From a virus, in the IMG/VR virus record IMGVR_UViG_3300043409_001877, positions 64,001-128,000 of that record: 64,000 nucleotides of DNA; one strand, 5' to 3'. Below are positions 1 through 10,600 of this stretch, one piece after another. Position 1 is the stretch's first letter. The number at the start of each line of letters is the position of its first letter. Under the pieces are notes generated by a model that was given only the letters and a program-made list of their open reading frames with translations, made no database searches and was not told the DNA's origin. Position numbers and translations under genes: made by a program.

Positions 1-1533
1 ATATAATGTGTGTGATGGTTTATCTATGGTATTAGTAGTTGCTCGGTACCCATAACTTAGTCTACAATCAACACTAAAAATATTGGGTATATCTAATTTA
101 GAACCAGCAGCCCCATAAACACTATCATCTCTAATTAAATAAGATTTTGGGTTTTCATTTTTAAATGATGTAAAAAATACGTGTGAAACTAAAAAATATA
201 AATCAAATAAATCAGTGGCTATAAGTGGCGCTACGGTTAATCTTCTAAAATCAGCGTTAAATTGTGAGTCAATATTTTTAACAGAAGATAATACAGTAAT
301 AGCTTCTTTTAACGCTTTTTTATCAGCAATACTACCACTTAAAAAATTGGCTTTTAATTTTGAAAAAGCTATGAATGCTTTTATTATTGATTTTTGAGAG
401 TTTGGATAAAAATTTGGGTCTAATTTTTCTGGGTGTTTTTTTAACCCATTTGTTGCATTACTTAACTCTGTCTTAATATCATCTATTTTATAATTAAAAT
501 TACCAATATAACCATTTCTATAAAAAGCTGTAAATTCAATATCATTTGAATCATATGTTTTTATTGGTTTAATTATACCAGAATGTCCACCAGCAATAAC
601 GTGTGGTTTACCATCGTTTTTTAAATCAGTTGTACCACTTAAATAATCACCAAACATAACTTTATTATAGTGATTTAAGAATTTATTTTGTATACCGTAA
701 CCAACTGGTGGCATGGCAGACTTGTGTGGTATTGAAATTTTTTCTACAATATCTACTTTACCACCGTTTGTAATGTCGTACCCAGTTTTGATATCAAAAT
801 CAGTTTCAAGATCAGATGCGTTAGTTTGCATAAAATCACCATAAACACTTCTGTTTAAAATCCTAACGGATGGGTAATACAATCTTTCCAATACTGGCAT
901 TACACCACCAGTTGATCCGTATAGTGTAGGTCTCCTATATAGATCAACATGATTGTAAATATCATTACCTGTTTGTGTTGGATCATATTTTACTTTATCT
1001 TGTGTATAGTTTAAAGGAACCCCGTTAATTCTAGAAAATAAAGTTTCACTATTTTGCGGTAATATTATATTATTTCCAGATTCACCAAGAGTAAAATAAA
1101 ATAACCCTCCCAAGTATAGTGCAATTGGATACGGTATTTCAATTAATTCTTGGTTTTTATTAAAAATTGTATGTAATTTTTCTGGGGGTAAGCACCGATC
1201 TTTACCAACTAGTTGAGACATATATGTTTTAATAAACATCATTCCAACTTCTGGAAAAAAATTACTTTGATTATTATTAACTCTATTTGTGAATACGTCT
1301 GGTAATATGGATGTATTTAAACTACAATACCCGCCATACACTGGGGCATTATTTTCGCCAATACCTACATTAATATTATTATATTTTATATCGTTAGCTA
1401 GTTCATTTGACTCCGCAATAAATTTATCAGTAAACGTGGTTACTGATTTAAACCAAGGTTCTAAACCATCTTTTTTATCTAAGGTAATACTAAAGTGATT
1501 ACAGTATTCTGTTATATTAGTTTCTAAACTCAT
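1..1533 (-). CDS. Large hypothetical (probable structural/baseplate) protein, 3' end runs off the window
   Basis: ATG at 1533-1531 directly after the upstream stop (TAATAATG). Reads MSLETNITEYCNHFSITLDKKDGLEPWF...IPYPIALYLGGLFYF. Absent from the ORF track, consistent with no stop before the window edge. Confidence 0.75.
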   Translation of the reverse strand, partial: MSLETNITEYCNHFSITLDKKDGLEPWFKSVTTFTDKFIAESNELANDIKYNNINVGIGENNAPVYGGYCSLNTSILPDVFTNRVNNNQSNFFPEVGMMFIKTYMSQLVGKDRCLPPEKLHTIFNKNQELIEIPYPIALYLGGLFYFTLGESGNNIILPQNSETLFSRINGVPLNYTQDKVKYDPTQTGNDIYNHVDLYRRPTLYGSTGGVMPVLERLYYPSVRILNRSVYGDFMQTNASDLETDFDIKTGYDITNGGKVDIVEKISIPHKSAMPPVGYGIQNKFLNHYNKVMFGDYLSGTTDLKNDGKPHVIAGGHSGIIKPIKTYDSNDIEFTAFYRNGYIGNFNYKIDDIKTELSNATNGLKKHPEKLDPNFYPNSQKSIIKAFIAFSKLKANFLSGSIADKKALKEAITVLSSVKNIDSQFNADFRRLTVAPLIATDLFDLYFLVSHVFFTSFKNENPKSYLIRDDSVYGAAGSKLDIPNIFSVDCRLSYGYRATTNTIDKPSHTLY

Positions 1534-1535
1534 TA

Positions 1536-4370
1536 TTAAATATTGTTAAATTTTGCGCTATTTATTTTACCAGTATATGTTACAGGATTAAAAACCTCAA
1601 TAGCTTCAGATAGTTTTGAATTGAATGTTAATGCTGGAACTTCAGTATTACCGTATTTAACAGTTCTACCAAAATCAATTGGTAATGGTGTTGATTTTAA
1701 TTTAGCATTTAAATTCTTAATAAACCCTTGAAATGGATTTGAATCTTCTTGACCCACTTCAACAGTCTTTACGGTTTCGGCTATTGGTATTAATGTTTCA
1801 AATTTATCGCAATAATATCTTAAATTACTTGTTAGGTCTGGGTATTCATCTAAATAATTTATTTTCTGTTTACTAGACATAGAATAATATAACGGTCTAA
1901 CATCTTTAAATGATATTAACTCATACAAATAAGAGTTAATTATATTATCTGACACTAATTTATTTTTATTTTTAATTGAATTAGTAAAATCAGCTTGGGT
2001 ATATTCCGTTGCATATAAATTAATGTTTTTGGTCACCATATCAAAAAAAATAGCATCAGACGGTGCTTTTAATCTTAAGCCGTTAATTGCTAAATTACCT
2101 AGGTTGGTGTATGTGTTTGTTGCACCATTAATATCAGTAATATCACCTTTTTTGGTTATCTTATATAATTCGCTGGCTGTAACAAATTTAGCGTTGCTTG
2201 AATCCATTTTATCAAAAACTAATTCTTCAAGCAGCGCTAATTCAAAATCAGCTAATTTTTTTGAAAACCCATCCGCTAATCCATTAGTACCTAAACCACG
2301 ATAATACATACCAGAGTACGTAGCGTATAAATTATATTTGGTTATCATTTCACCCAATAATTTATCAGATTGTTTTTTATTTAAATAAGCGTCTAAATCA
2401 TTTTCACCTAACCCAAGAATTGTTGATAGTCCAGTTTTTTTTGTTGCTATATTTGTAATGGCTTTTGGGTTATTTAATACTGTAATTCTATTTAAAGCTA
2501 AATAAATTTCTTCAACAAAGGCAACCTCAAACCAATCTTTATTACCATCATCTATACCAGGATAAGTTAAAATATTCCTTTTAACTTCTTTTTTTTCCCC
2601 GTTATTGTTAAATGTTTCTACTTTGTTTTTAAAGTAATTAGGAAATGGTGTAAATATTTTTTGTTTTTTATCATTTTCAATATAATCAGTAAACTTAGCT
2701 TGTTTTTTAGTTCTAAGATTATCAACCTGTAATTGTTTTATAGCGTTATTAGCGGTTATTTCTAATAATATTAAAAATGTCTGCATGTTGTTAGCTACAA
2801 TTCTTAAAACATTATTCATGTTTGGTTGATAACCTAAATGCTCACCAAGATCACTAATTTGGTCATCAACAAAAGATTCTTCAATAGTTGATTGTAATTC
2901 ATTTAATCTAATTAAAACTAATGATATTACCCTATCATAATTATCAATAGTATATATTTTTTCATTTGCTGTATTTTTTATAGCAACATTTTTATCATTA
3001 TAATCTAAACCAAAAAATAATGTATGCTGTATTAAATCTTTATTACCCGTTGGTTTGTATTTATTATTATATAAAATATCAACATCTTTTACTACTTCAC
3101 TAAAAATTTCACTTGACGTGTTGTTTTTAGCACCACTAGGCAATTCAACAGTATCAATTGATTTTATTAATTCATTTAGTGTGCTATAGTTATTTATTAA
3201 TTCGATTGGTGTTGTATCTGTTAAAAATTCAACTCCAGGTTTTGGTTTATATTGGTTATTATCTTCTACTGTACAATTATTTTCAAACCAATTTCTAATA
3301 TTTCTATTATATTCCTCTACCTTATATTTTATTTCTGATACTTTATCATTTGATGCGCTAGAAGTTTTTGTTTGAATTGAAGCATCTTGCAAAACTGATG
3401 GTGCTATTTTTTCAACAGCACCAGCTAAATCAAACATTGTGGGGTTATTTAATATTTCGTAATGTTTATAAGCCTCTGGATCATTACCAACTAATTCTTT
3501 AATTTCTTTGTTTTGTTTTTCGTATAAACTATTTAATATTTTCTGACCAAGATATTCACCACTATCCAAAAGAAACATATATGGTGCAACATATGCGTAT
3601 ATCATTAAGAATGTGTTGAATATTGAAAACACTTCGCTTTGAAATTCAGCAGTTACATTATAATTACCAGTCTCTGGATCGAATCTAGTATTTGATTTTA
3701 ATAAAACTAAAGAGGTCTCCACCGCCTTACCATAATAACCTTTATAAGTTAATAAAAATCTTGGGTATGGGTACGTAAAAAATATGTTATATGGATTGTC
3801 GTTTTCATTACCTCTTTCAAATAACATTCTACCTTGAACATCAGTGAATTGAATTGTTACTATTGGTATGTGCCCAGCATTTATGGATATTCCAATATCT
3901 GTGATACCAAAAGTTTCTGGGTCTAATATATATTTAGAATTTTCTTTATCATTTGCATCATCACTAGTAAAAAAATCAGTCCATTCGGTTGTCATTTTAC
4001 CTTTTAAGTCAAACGTACCATCTTTTCTTCTATTCTTTAATGGATTTAAAAAATTAATAAAGATGGGTTGCGACTCAATTGTTTCAGACTTAACCCCGTC
4101 ACCACCAACAATAACTGATCTCTCACCTCTTTTAATAACTTTAAGAGATGAATAAATAACTAAATCTTCTTGTTTAACATATCTGTCAATAATCTGATTA
4201 TACTTATTAACAACTTTGTTTGGATCAATTACTAAAACACCTTGGGTATTTCTTTTTTCTGAACTAAATTTTTTAAGATAGGGATTAGTCGCTACAGTTG
4301 ATTTTGGTGGATTAGCTCTTTGAAATAATATTTTTTCTCCCGTTTCAAATATATTATTGTTACTCTCCAT
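1536..4370 (-). CDS. Large baseplate-region structural protein (944 aa)
   Basis: Long ORF in the tail operon after the LysM gene. N-terminal beta-rich segment (FGITDIGISI...FTDVQG...YKGYYGKAV) resembles hub-like domains. Function by position only. Confidence 0.55.
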   Translation of the reverse strand: MESNNNIFETGEKILFQRANPPKSTVATNPYLKKFSSEKRNTQGVLVIDPNKVVNKYNQIIDRYVKQEDLVIYSSLKVIKRGERSVIVGGDGVKSETIESQPIFINFLNPLKNRRKDGTFDLKGKMTTEWTDFFTSDDANDKENSKYILDPETFGITDIGISINAGHIPIVTIQFTDVQGRMLFERGNENDNPYNIFFTYPYPRFLLTYKGYYGKAVETSLVLLKSNTRFDPETGNYNVTAEFQSEVFSIFNTFLMIYAYVAPYMFLLDSGEYLGQKILNSLYEKQNKEIKELVGNDPEAYKHYEILNNPTMFDLAGAVEKIAPSVLQDASIQTKTSSASNDKVSEIKYKVEEYNRNIRNWFENNCTVEDNNQYKPKPGVEFLTDTTPIELINNYSTLNELIKSIDTVELPSGAKNNTSSEIFSEVVKDVDILYNNKYKPTGNKDLIQHTLFFGLDYNDKNVAIKNTANEKIYTIDNYDRVISLVLIRLNELQSTIEESFVDDQISDLGEHLGYQPNMNNVLRIVANNMQTFLILLEITANNAIKQLQVDNLRTKKQAKFTDYIENDKKQKIFTPFPNYFKNKVETFNNNGEKKEVKRNILTYPGIDDGNKDWFEVAFVEEIYLALNRITVLNNPKAITNIATKKTGLSTILGLGENDLDAYLNKKQSDKLLGEMITKYNLYATYSGMYYRGLGTNGLADGFSKKLADFELALLEELVFDKMDSSNAKFVTASELYKITKKGDITDINGATNTYTNLGNLAINGLRLKAPSDAIFFDMVTKNINLYATEYTQADFTNSIKNKNKLVSDNIINSYLYELISFKDVRPLYYSMSSKQKINYLDEYPDLTSNLRYYCDKFETLIPIAETVKTVEVGQEDSNPFQGFIKNLNAKLKSTPLPIDFGRTVKYGNTEVPALTFNSKLSEAIEVFNPVTYTGKINSAKFNNI

Positions 4371-4680
4371 AATATTCTAATCTTTGTTTTAACTTTCTCT
4401 CATATTCCCTAATAGTTGTATCTAATGGTAATGGTATTCTTAAAACTTGACCATCTTTTATATTCCATTCTAACCCACCATATTCTGGGTTTGCCATTAA
4501 TATTAACCAACTATAATAAGGTGCGCCATAATATTCCTGACTAACTTTATCCAATCTGGTTTTATTAATATCATATCTAATAATTTGGTCGGAGCTTTTT
4601 TCGTCCAACTTAATAAATGGTGGTGAAATTGCACTCTCATCACTATTTAATCGTTTATATCTATTGTAGTAACCAGCCAT
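4360..4680 (-). CDS. LysM-domain baseplate wedge protein (gp53/tail X-like)
   Basis: RLDKVSQEYYG..YSWLILMANP...IKDGQVLRIP is a typical baseplate LysM pattern; located downstream of the tube-initiator-like gene. Confidence 0.8.
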   Translation of the reverse strand: MAGYYNRYKRLNSDESAISPPFIKLDEKSSDQIIRYDINKTRLDKVSQEYYGAPYYSWLILMANPEYGGLEWNIKDGQVLRIPLPLDTTIREYERKLKQRLEYYGE

Positions 4681-7600
4681 TATTCTCCTTTGTTATATTT
4701 ACTTAGCTCTGTTTCAGTTGCTTGTTCAACAACTTCAGGGACTTCGCTTTGGTTTATAATATTAAACACATTTCTATATTTTGTAAAGATCTTATAGTTA
4801 TCTAATACCGATTTTTTAACATCAACCGTATCTTTTAGTACAAGTGTATAATCAACCTCATTACCACGTGTTAAATTACTTTCAAAGAACATTGGGTTAT
4901 CAAGTATGGTTTCACCACTATTAGTCTCGGTTATTATTTTAACAACAGAATCGTTAACCTTTTTTATATTTTTAGTATAATCGGTATTAAGTGTAGTTGT
5001 TTTTTTGATAGCATCATCTCTATATTTGTATATAGCTTTAAATGTACTTGTTAATGTTTTTTCTATTTTTCTGTATCTAGAATTTATTTGTCTGGTGGAT
5101 CCGCTGGTAACCAATTTTTTTGGTTTATCTGCTGCTTTTATTAATTTTAAAATATTTTCTTTATCATTATCATCCAATGTGGCAAAGAATCCAACAAAAA
5201 ACATGTCAACTAAACCAGAAACTGGTATTGGTTTTGATTTTGTTGCTGCAACCAAACTATTTAACCCTGGGCTTAAATCTTTTACTAACTCCGAATTAAT
5301 TTCAACCCCATATTTAATAAATTTATTAATTTCAGTAAGGTATCGTTCTGTTGTTGTACCACCAACTGAAGAAGTATTTATTGTATAATAACTAATAGGT
5401 GTGTTTAGTAAAGTATTTTTATTTGCACCATAATAAAATAAATCTATTGCTTTAGGGTCTAATGCTAAAAGTTTCCGAGCAAACTCGGTAGTTTCATCAC
5501 CATACATTATATCTAAATCAAATTTCTTAGATAAAAAGTTGTCGTTAACCATAATATCCAACATTTTATTTGAAAAATCAAAAACTTCGTAGTTTATTTT
5601 CTCAAAAGTATATGTCATGTTATAATAATCCGAATATGTACCAGGTACTGGTATTGGTGACGCTCCAGGTGCTGGGGCTGGTGGTTGTATGCTTTTAACA
5701 GTTGTCTCACCAACACCACCAGCTTTATCATATACCGTATTTAAAGTAATTCCACTCACACCTAAAAGAAAATTTGGGCGCAAAGAAGATGTTTCTGTTG
5801 AACCTGTTATAACTCTATTCTCTTTAATTGCAGTTGATTCAACTAAATAGTTATCTTGAGTATAACCAGATGGTACTAGTTTTTTAAACTCAGCGTCTTT
5901 TGTAATTTGTTTAAAGAAGTAAGGGCCGTTACCCATTGACAATAAATTAATTTTATCAGCGTCACTATTTTCTCTATTATAAACAAAATCTCTAACTTTT
6001 TTTAACGTGATTGTTCTTGTTAACCCCGTTTTAAGCGTCTCAGCTGTTCCGAGTAACATTTTTTGATACTTTTGGTAAGGATCGTAGCCAAACACGGTTT
6101 CAGCTGAATACTCCCCTTTACCTATTTTAAAATCATTAGGTATAACTTCAAATCTCTCAATTTTTGTTTCATCCGTTCTTAAATCATATCCTTCTGTAAC
6201 AACAGACAAAGCAGATAATAATACACCAAATTTAGCTGTATTTTCTTCAGCTGAAGTTAAAATGGTATCAATATGATCTGTAATTGTTGCTGTGTAATCC
6301 ATTAATTTACCCACAAGATAATCAGAGAAAATTGCTTTATACGGAACTTCAAAATATTTTAAATACTCGTTATAGGCTTGTTTAGAGCTAGTATCGTAAT
6401 GCCAAAAATGGGCTATATCTAATTTTAACTTGGCAGACATTTCGTTAGATAAACCATTAATCATAAAATCAATATTTTTACGATGGTTACTAAAATCTTT
6501 TAAGAAAATACCAGCAACTTCTGGTTCTGCGTTTACACCATTAATTTTACCGCCATTTAAATTACCAGGATTAAAACGTGTTGCATCATTAAAAGTGCCA
6601 CTAGTGCTTACAACAGTTTTACCATCTCCAATTTTATATAAATTATTTTGAGGGTATAAATGTAGTTTTAATGGTGCAATAGACTCAGTACCTAACGTTT
6701 GATTGTTAACTGCTGCTAATTTACCAAATTCTGAAAATTCAACATAATTTCTTTCAGCCGCCTCATTTTTAAATACTTCATATAAATAATACTTACCACC
6801 AGATGATGTACCATCTGTTCCAGATGTACTAGATGTGCTAGATGTTCCTGAGCTACTTGCTGTACCAAACGTACCGAATTTATCATCTTGATACGCAAGT
6901 TTACTTAAATCATCAAAATACCCTGTATCAGAGTTAGATGAACTACCATCTGTTCCTCTTGCTGAAGATGTTCCGCTTGATCCGCTTGCTGAAGATGTTC
7001 CGCTTGACCCATCAGTTCCACCCGATCCATCAGTTCCAGATAACCCAAGTGGGGCTGAGTTTACTGTTACTAGCGTTTTGTTGTAATTTTTATTTAAAGC
7101 TAATTGTAATAGTAAAGTATTCTTATCGTAGGGTGTGTTAAATTTAAAATTATTGGTTACAATTTTACCGTAAGTTTTATACAAGTCTTGAAATAATTCA
7201 TAATACGATATCTCGTAAGAATTAAAATATGTTTTACTCATATATTTGTCGGAAGTTGTTGAGTTACCTGTGGTTGTTCCAGTTGTGGCATCACCATTCT
7301 CATTTATATTAGGTCTTGTTTTACTAAACTCTAATCTAAATGGTTGCTCACCATAGTTTCTCCAAATAACTTCATTCCAATGCGTTGTACTTGTAACTGG
7401 CGCACCCGATCCGTTTAAAGTATTTTTAGCACTAATATTAAGTTCATCGTCAGCTTTTCTAACATAAAATTTACCACCTTCAGATACAATATCGTATGGT
7501 TGGTAAACTGTACCTGAACTAAAAGTTTTAGCACTTAATATATCATTATTATAAGCTCCACCAGCTGTTGTTGGTTGTCTTCTCTTGGTTATTATACCGA

Positions 7601-10600
7601 TTGTACCGTAAGGTATATCGCTTTGGAAATCTTGAGGTACAATTCTTTCAGCAGCCGCAACAATTGGAATTAAATCTAATGTGTTGCTATCAAAATAACT
7701 TCTTTCTAAGTTAATTAAATTTCTTTCATCTTTATCGTTATTAGCAAATGTTCTTTCATCATATATGTCAGTATTCGCATAATAGTTAAACGATAGAGCG
7801 TTTTGTAATTCATCAACATGTTTTCTTAAACCAGATCCACCAATATATTTAAAACTTAATTGAATATCTGCAATCATTGGTTGAACTCCAATACCTTCTG
7901 GATTTAAATCCCAAACTAATGGTTCGTAAGAAATATTTAAATTACTAATAACAATTTTAGTGTTGTAAAAATCACCAATTCTTAATATACATATTGGTGG
8001 TTTACCAAATGCAGTATTATTAGCGTCACAACCATCACTATCATCTTTCTTTATTGTTTCACCTGGTCTTAAACATTGTTGTAAGAATGTTAACCTGGCA
8101 TTTAAACCTTCTGGTGTCATAGCGTGAAAAGCTGGACTGAAGTATTTTAGTTTTTGTTTTAAACTATCATAAACAATAGGTGCATCTTTCTTTAATAATT
8201 CAAAATAATCACACTCATTTATTAATTTATTTAATATTCTTTGTGCAATTTCTCTCTTGGTTACATTTCTATCATTAGTTGGTACATCACCTGGGGGTGT
8301 AGTATATTCATCTACTGGTTCTGGCACAACTTCTACCTTTGGTGGTGCTGGTTCTGGTGCGTCAACTATAACACTAATTTGAACACGTCTAGCATGTGAA
8401 GTAACAATTGATAAAGCACCACAAACAACATCTTCATAAGGTCTATTTAATTTTGCCTCTACTGAACCTATTTGTGTTTTTGGTATACTTGGTAATAAAT
8501 TACTAGCTTTAACTTTTTCAGCTATTTTATCACTCTCAAAACAACAGTACGTTAAATTCGTACCATTTATATCACCAACTGGTGGTGCGGACACTTCAAA
8601 ATATTTATTACTACCTGCTGTTGTCTTTTTATAGTTTTGGTAAACATTTTCTTTATTACCTTCTTCAAATATACTTGCAGCAAGTACAGCATTGGGGTTA
8701 CCATTAAATAATATTTTAGACCTTTTACCATTACCTTTATCACGGTATACGGTAAAATAGGTTGTTGTAGCAAAACCTTCTGCACTATACATATAAGCCT
8801 CTGTAATTTCATCTGTCCCGTCTTCACTAGCATATATCTTACCTACTTTAACTAACACATTAAGAATTAACCATACAGAAACTGATATAATTCTTCTTTT
8901 AGCTAAATCCTCATTATATGTTGATGTTGAGGAATCTGGCCCTAATGGTGAAGCGTATGCATCTAAGGTTATTGTTAAATCAAATTGTTTGTATTTGGCA
9001 TCACTTAAGTCTTTTTCAATGTCTTTGTATTGTTTATTAAAACCATACCAATTACCTTTATCAACACCAACATTATTTGGATCTTCACTAAAAAAATAAT
9101 TTTCTGCCGAACCACTACCAATTGTTTTGTTATATCTTATCCAAGCATCTGATACTGAACCTGGAAACACTTTAACTTTTTCAACACTATCAGATCCTGT
9201 TAATGTTCCATTACTTAATTTTTGATATTGATCAAAATAATCTGGGTATCTTTCAATTCTACCAGTGTCATATATCGTTGTTTTTTTGTTATATTTATCA
9301 ATCGGTAATGGCACATCATTTTCAAAAAATAAAGATCTACCATTTATTGACGGAACAGGTACTGCTTGGTCATTAGTGCTATCAACCTTGATTGTTTCTG
9401 GTTGTTTAGTTACTGTAATTTTTTCAATTTTCTTTTTAATTGCTTCGTTAGGTATTTTTACATTTAAACCAGCAATAACTTTTTTAAAGTAATCAATATC
9501 AGATTGTGAAAACTGATTCCAAATTCTAGCCAATTCAAATATATCAAACTCAACACAGCCAGCCCAAAATGCCGCTAATATTTCATCAATTTCACCATCA
9601 GTTAATTTGGCTAATTCTTTTTGTGTTAATAGATTTAAAATAGATGGATGATCTACAACAATTTTCCAACTAAGTGAACCACTTCTTTCTGAGTTATTAT
9701 ATGTATAAATTGGTTCTGGTCTACCTAAGAATTGATGTGTTGTCCAGTTTGCGGTTGTATCATCAGTAAATGTAATATCGTATGGTGGGAACCACATAAC
9801 TCTACCACCGTTAAAACCTTTTTCACAATTTGGTAAATCGGTAAATTGGGCAGTATCTCTCCATGCTAAATTCTCCAAAGAGAACATGTATTTTCTGGCT
9901 CTTTTTTCACTAAAAGCCTCAGTTTGTGCAGCGGCAAACCCCCCTTTTTCTCTTCCATAACCATCATTAACGTTTAATTCCGATGGGTGTATATTTAAAT
10001 TACCATATCTATCTAATACGGAGTTTCTTTCACGTCTAATTAATTCTTTGTATCTAACCAAATCTGTTATTTTAGAATATGGTCTAGCTTTAGTCCATAC
10101 TCTACAAAGCTCAGCTTGGTAATACATTGAGTCTTCATTTCTTTTACCGCTAACATCTAAACCAGGTATAAGATATCTATAGCCTATAACCTCACCCTGC
10201 TTATTAAATTTATCAATTTTAACAGGCGCTATAGTTGCATTTCCTCTTGATGTAAAATCATAACCATCATAAAATTTAGTCAGTGTTTGGTCAATTGGTG
10301 AACCAAAACCATTAATACCCTTTTCAAGTAATTGACTTGTTTTATAAAGAATAGAACATTCTCTAAAAGTATTTCTACGATTCTTAATATAACTTAGTTT
10401 ATTATCATCCGTAAATTTAACATTTATGTGTTTACCTAATTTAGTTTTATAATCATATACAACATCTATTGCGCTTGAAGACTTCCAAACAAAATCAGTT
10501 TCTAATGAACCATATTGTGAAACCTGATCATAACCAGGTTCTTCATATACTGATGTTGTATTTGTACCAGTATCAACTTGGTGAGTTATAACTCTAATTA

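Noticed and set aside
1525-1545. Possible frameshift or split between the 944-aa gene and the edge ORF
   Set aside because: The TAATAATG junction is the ordinary coupling seen throughout this genome; no slippery site.
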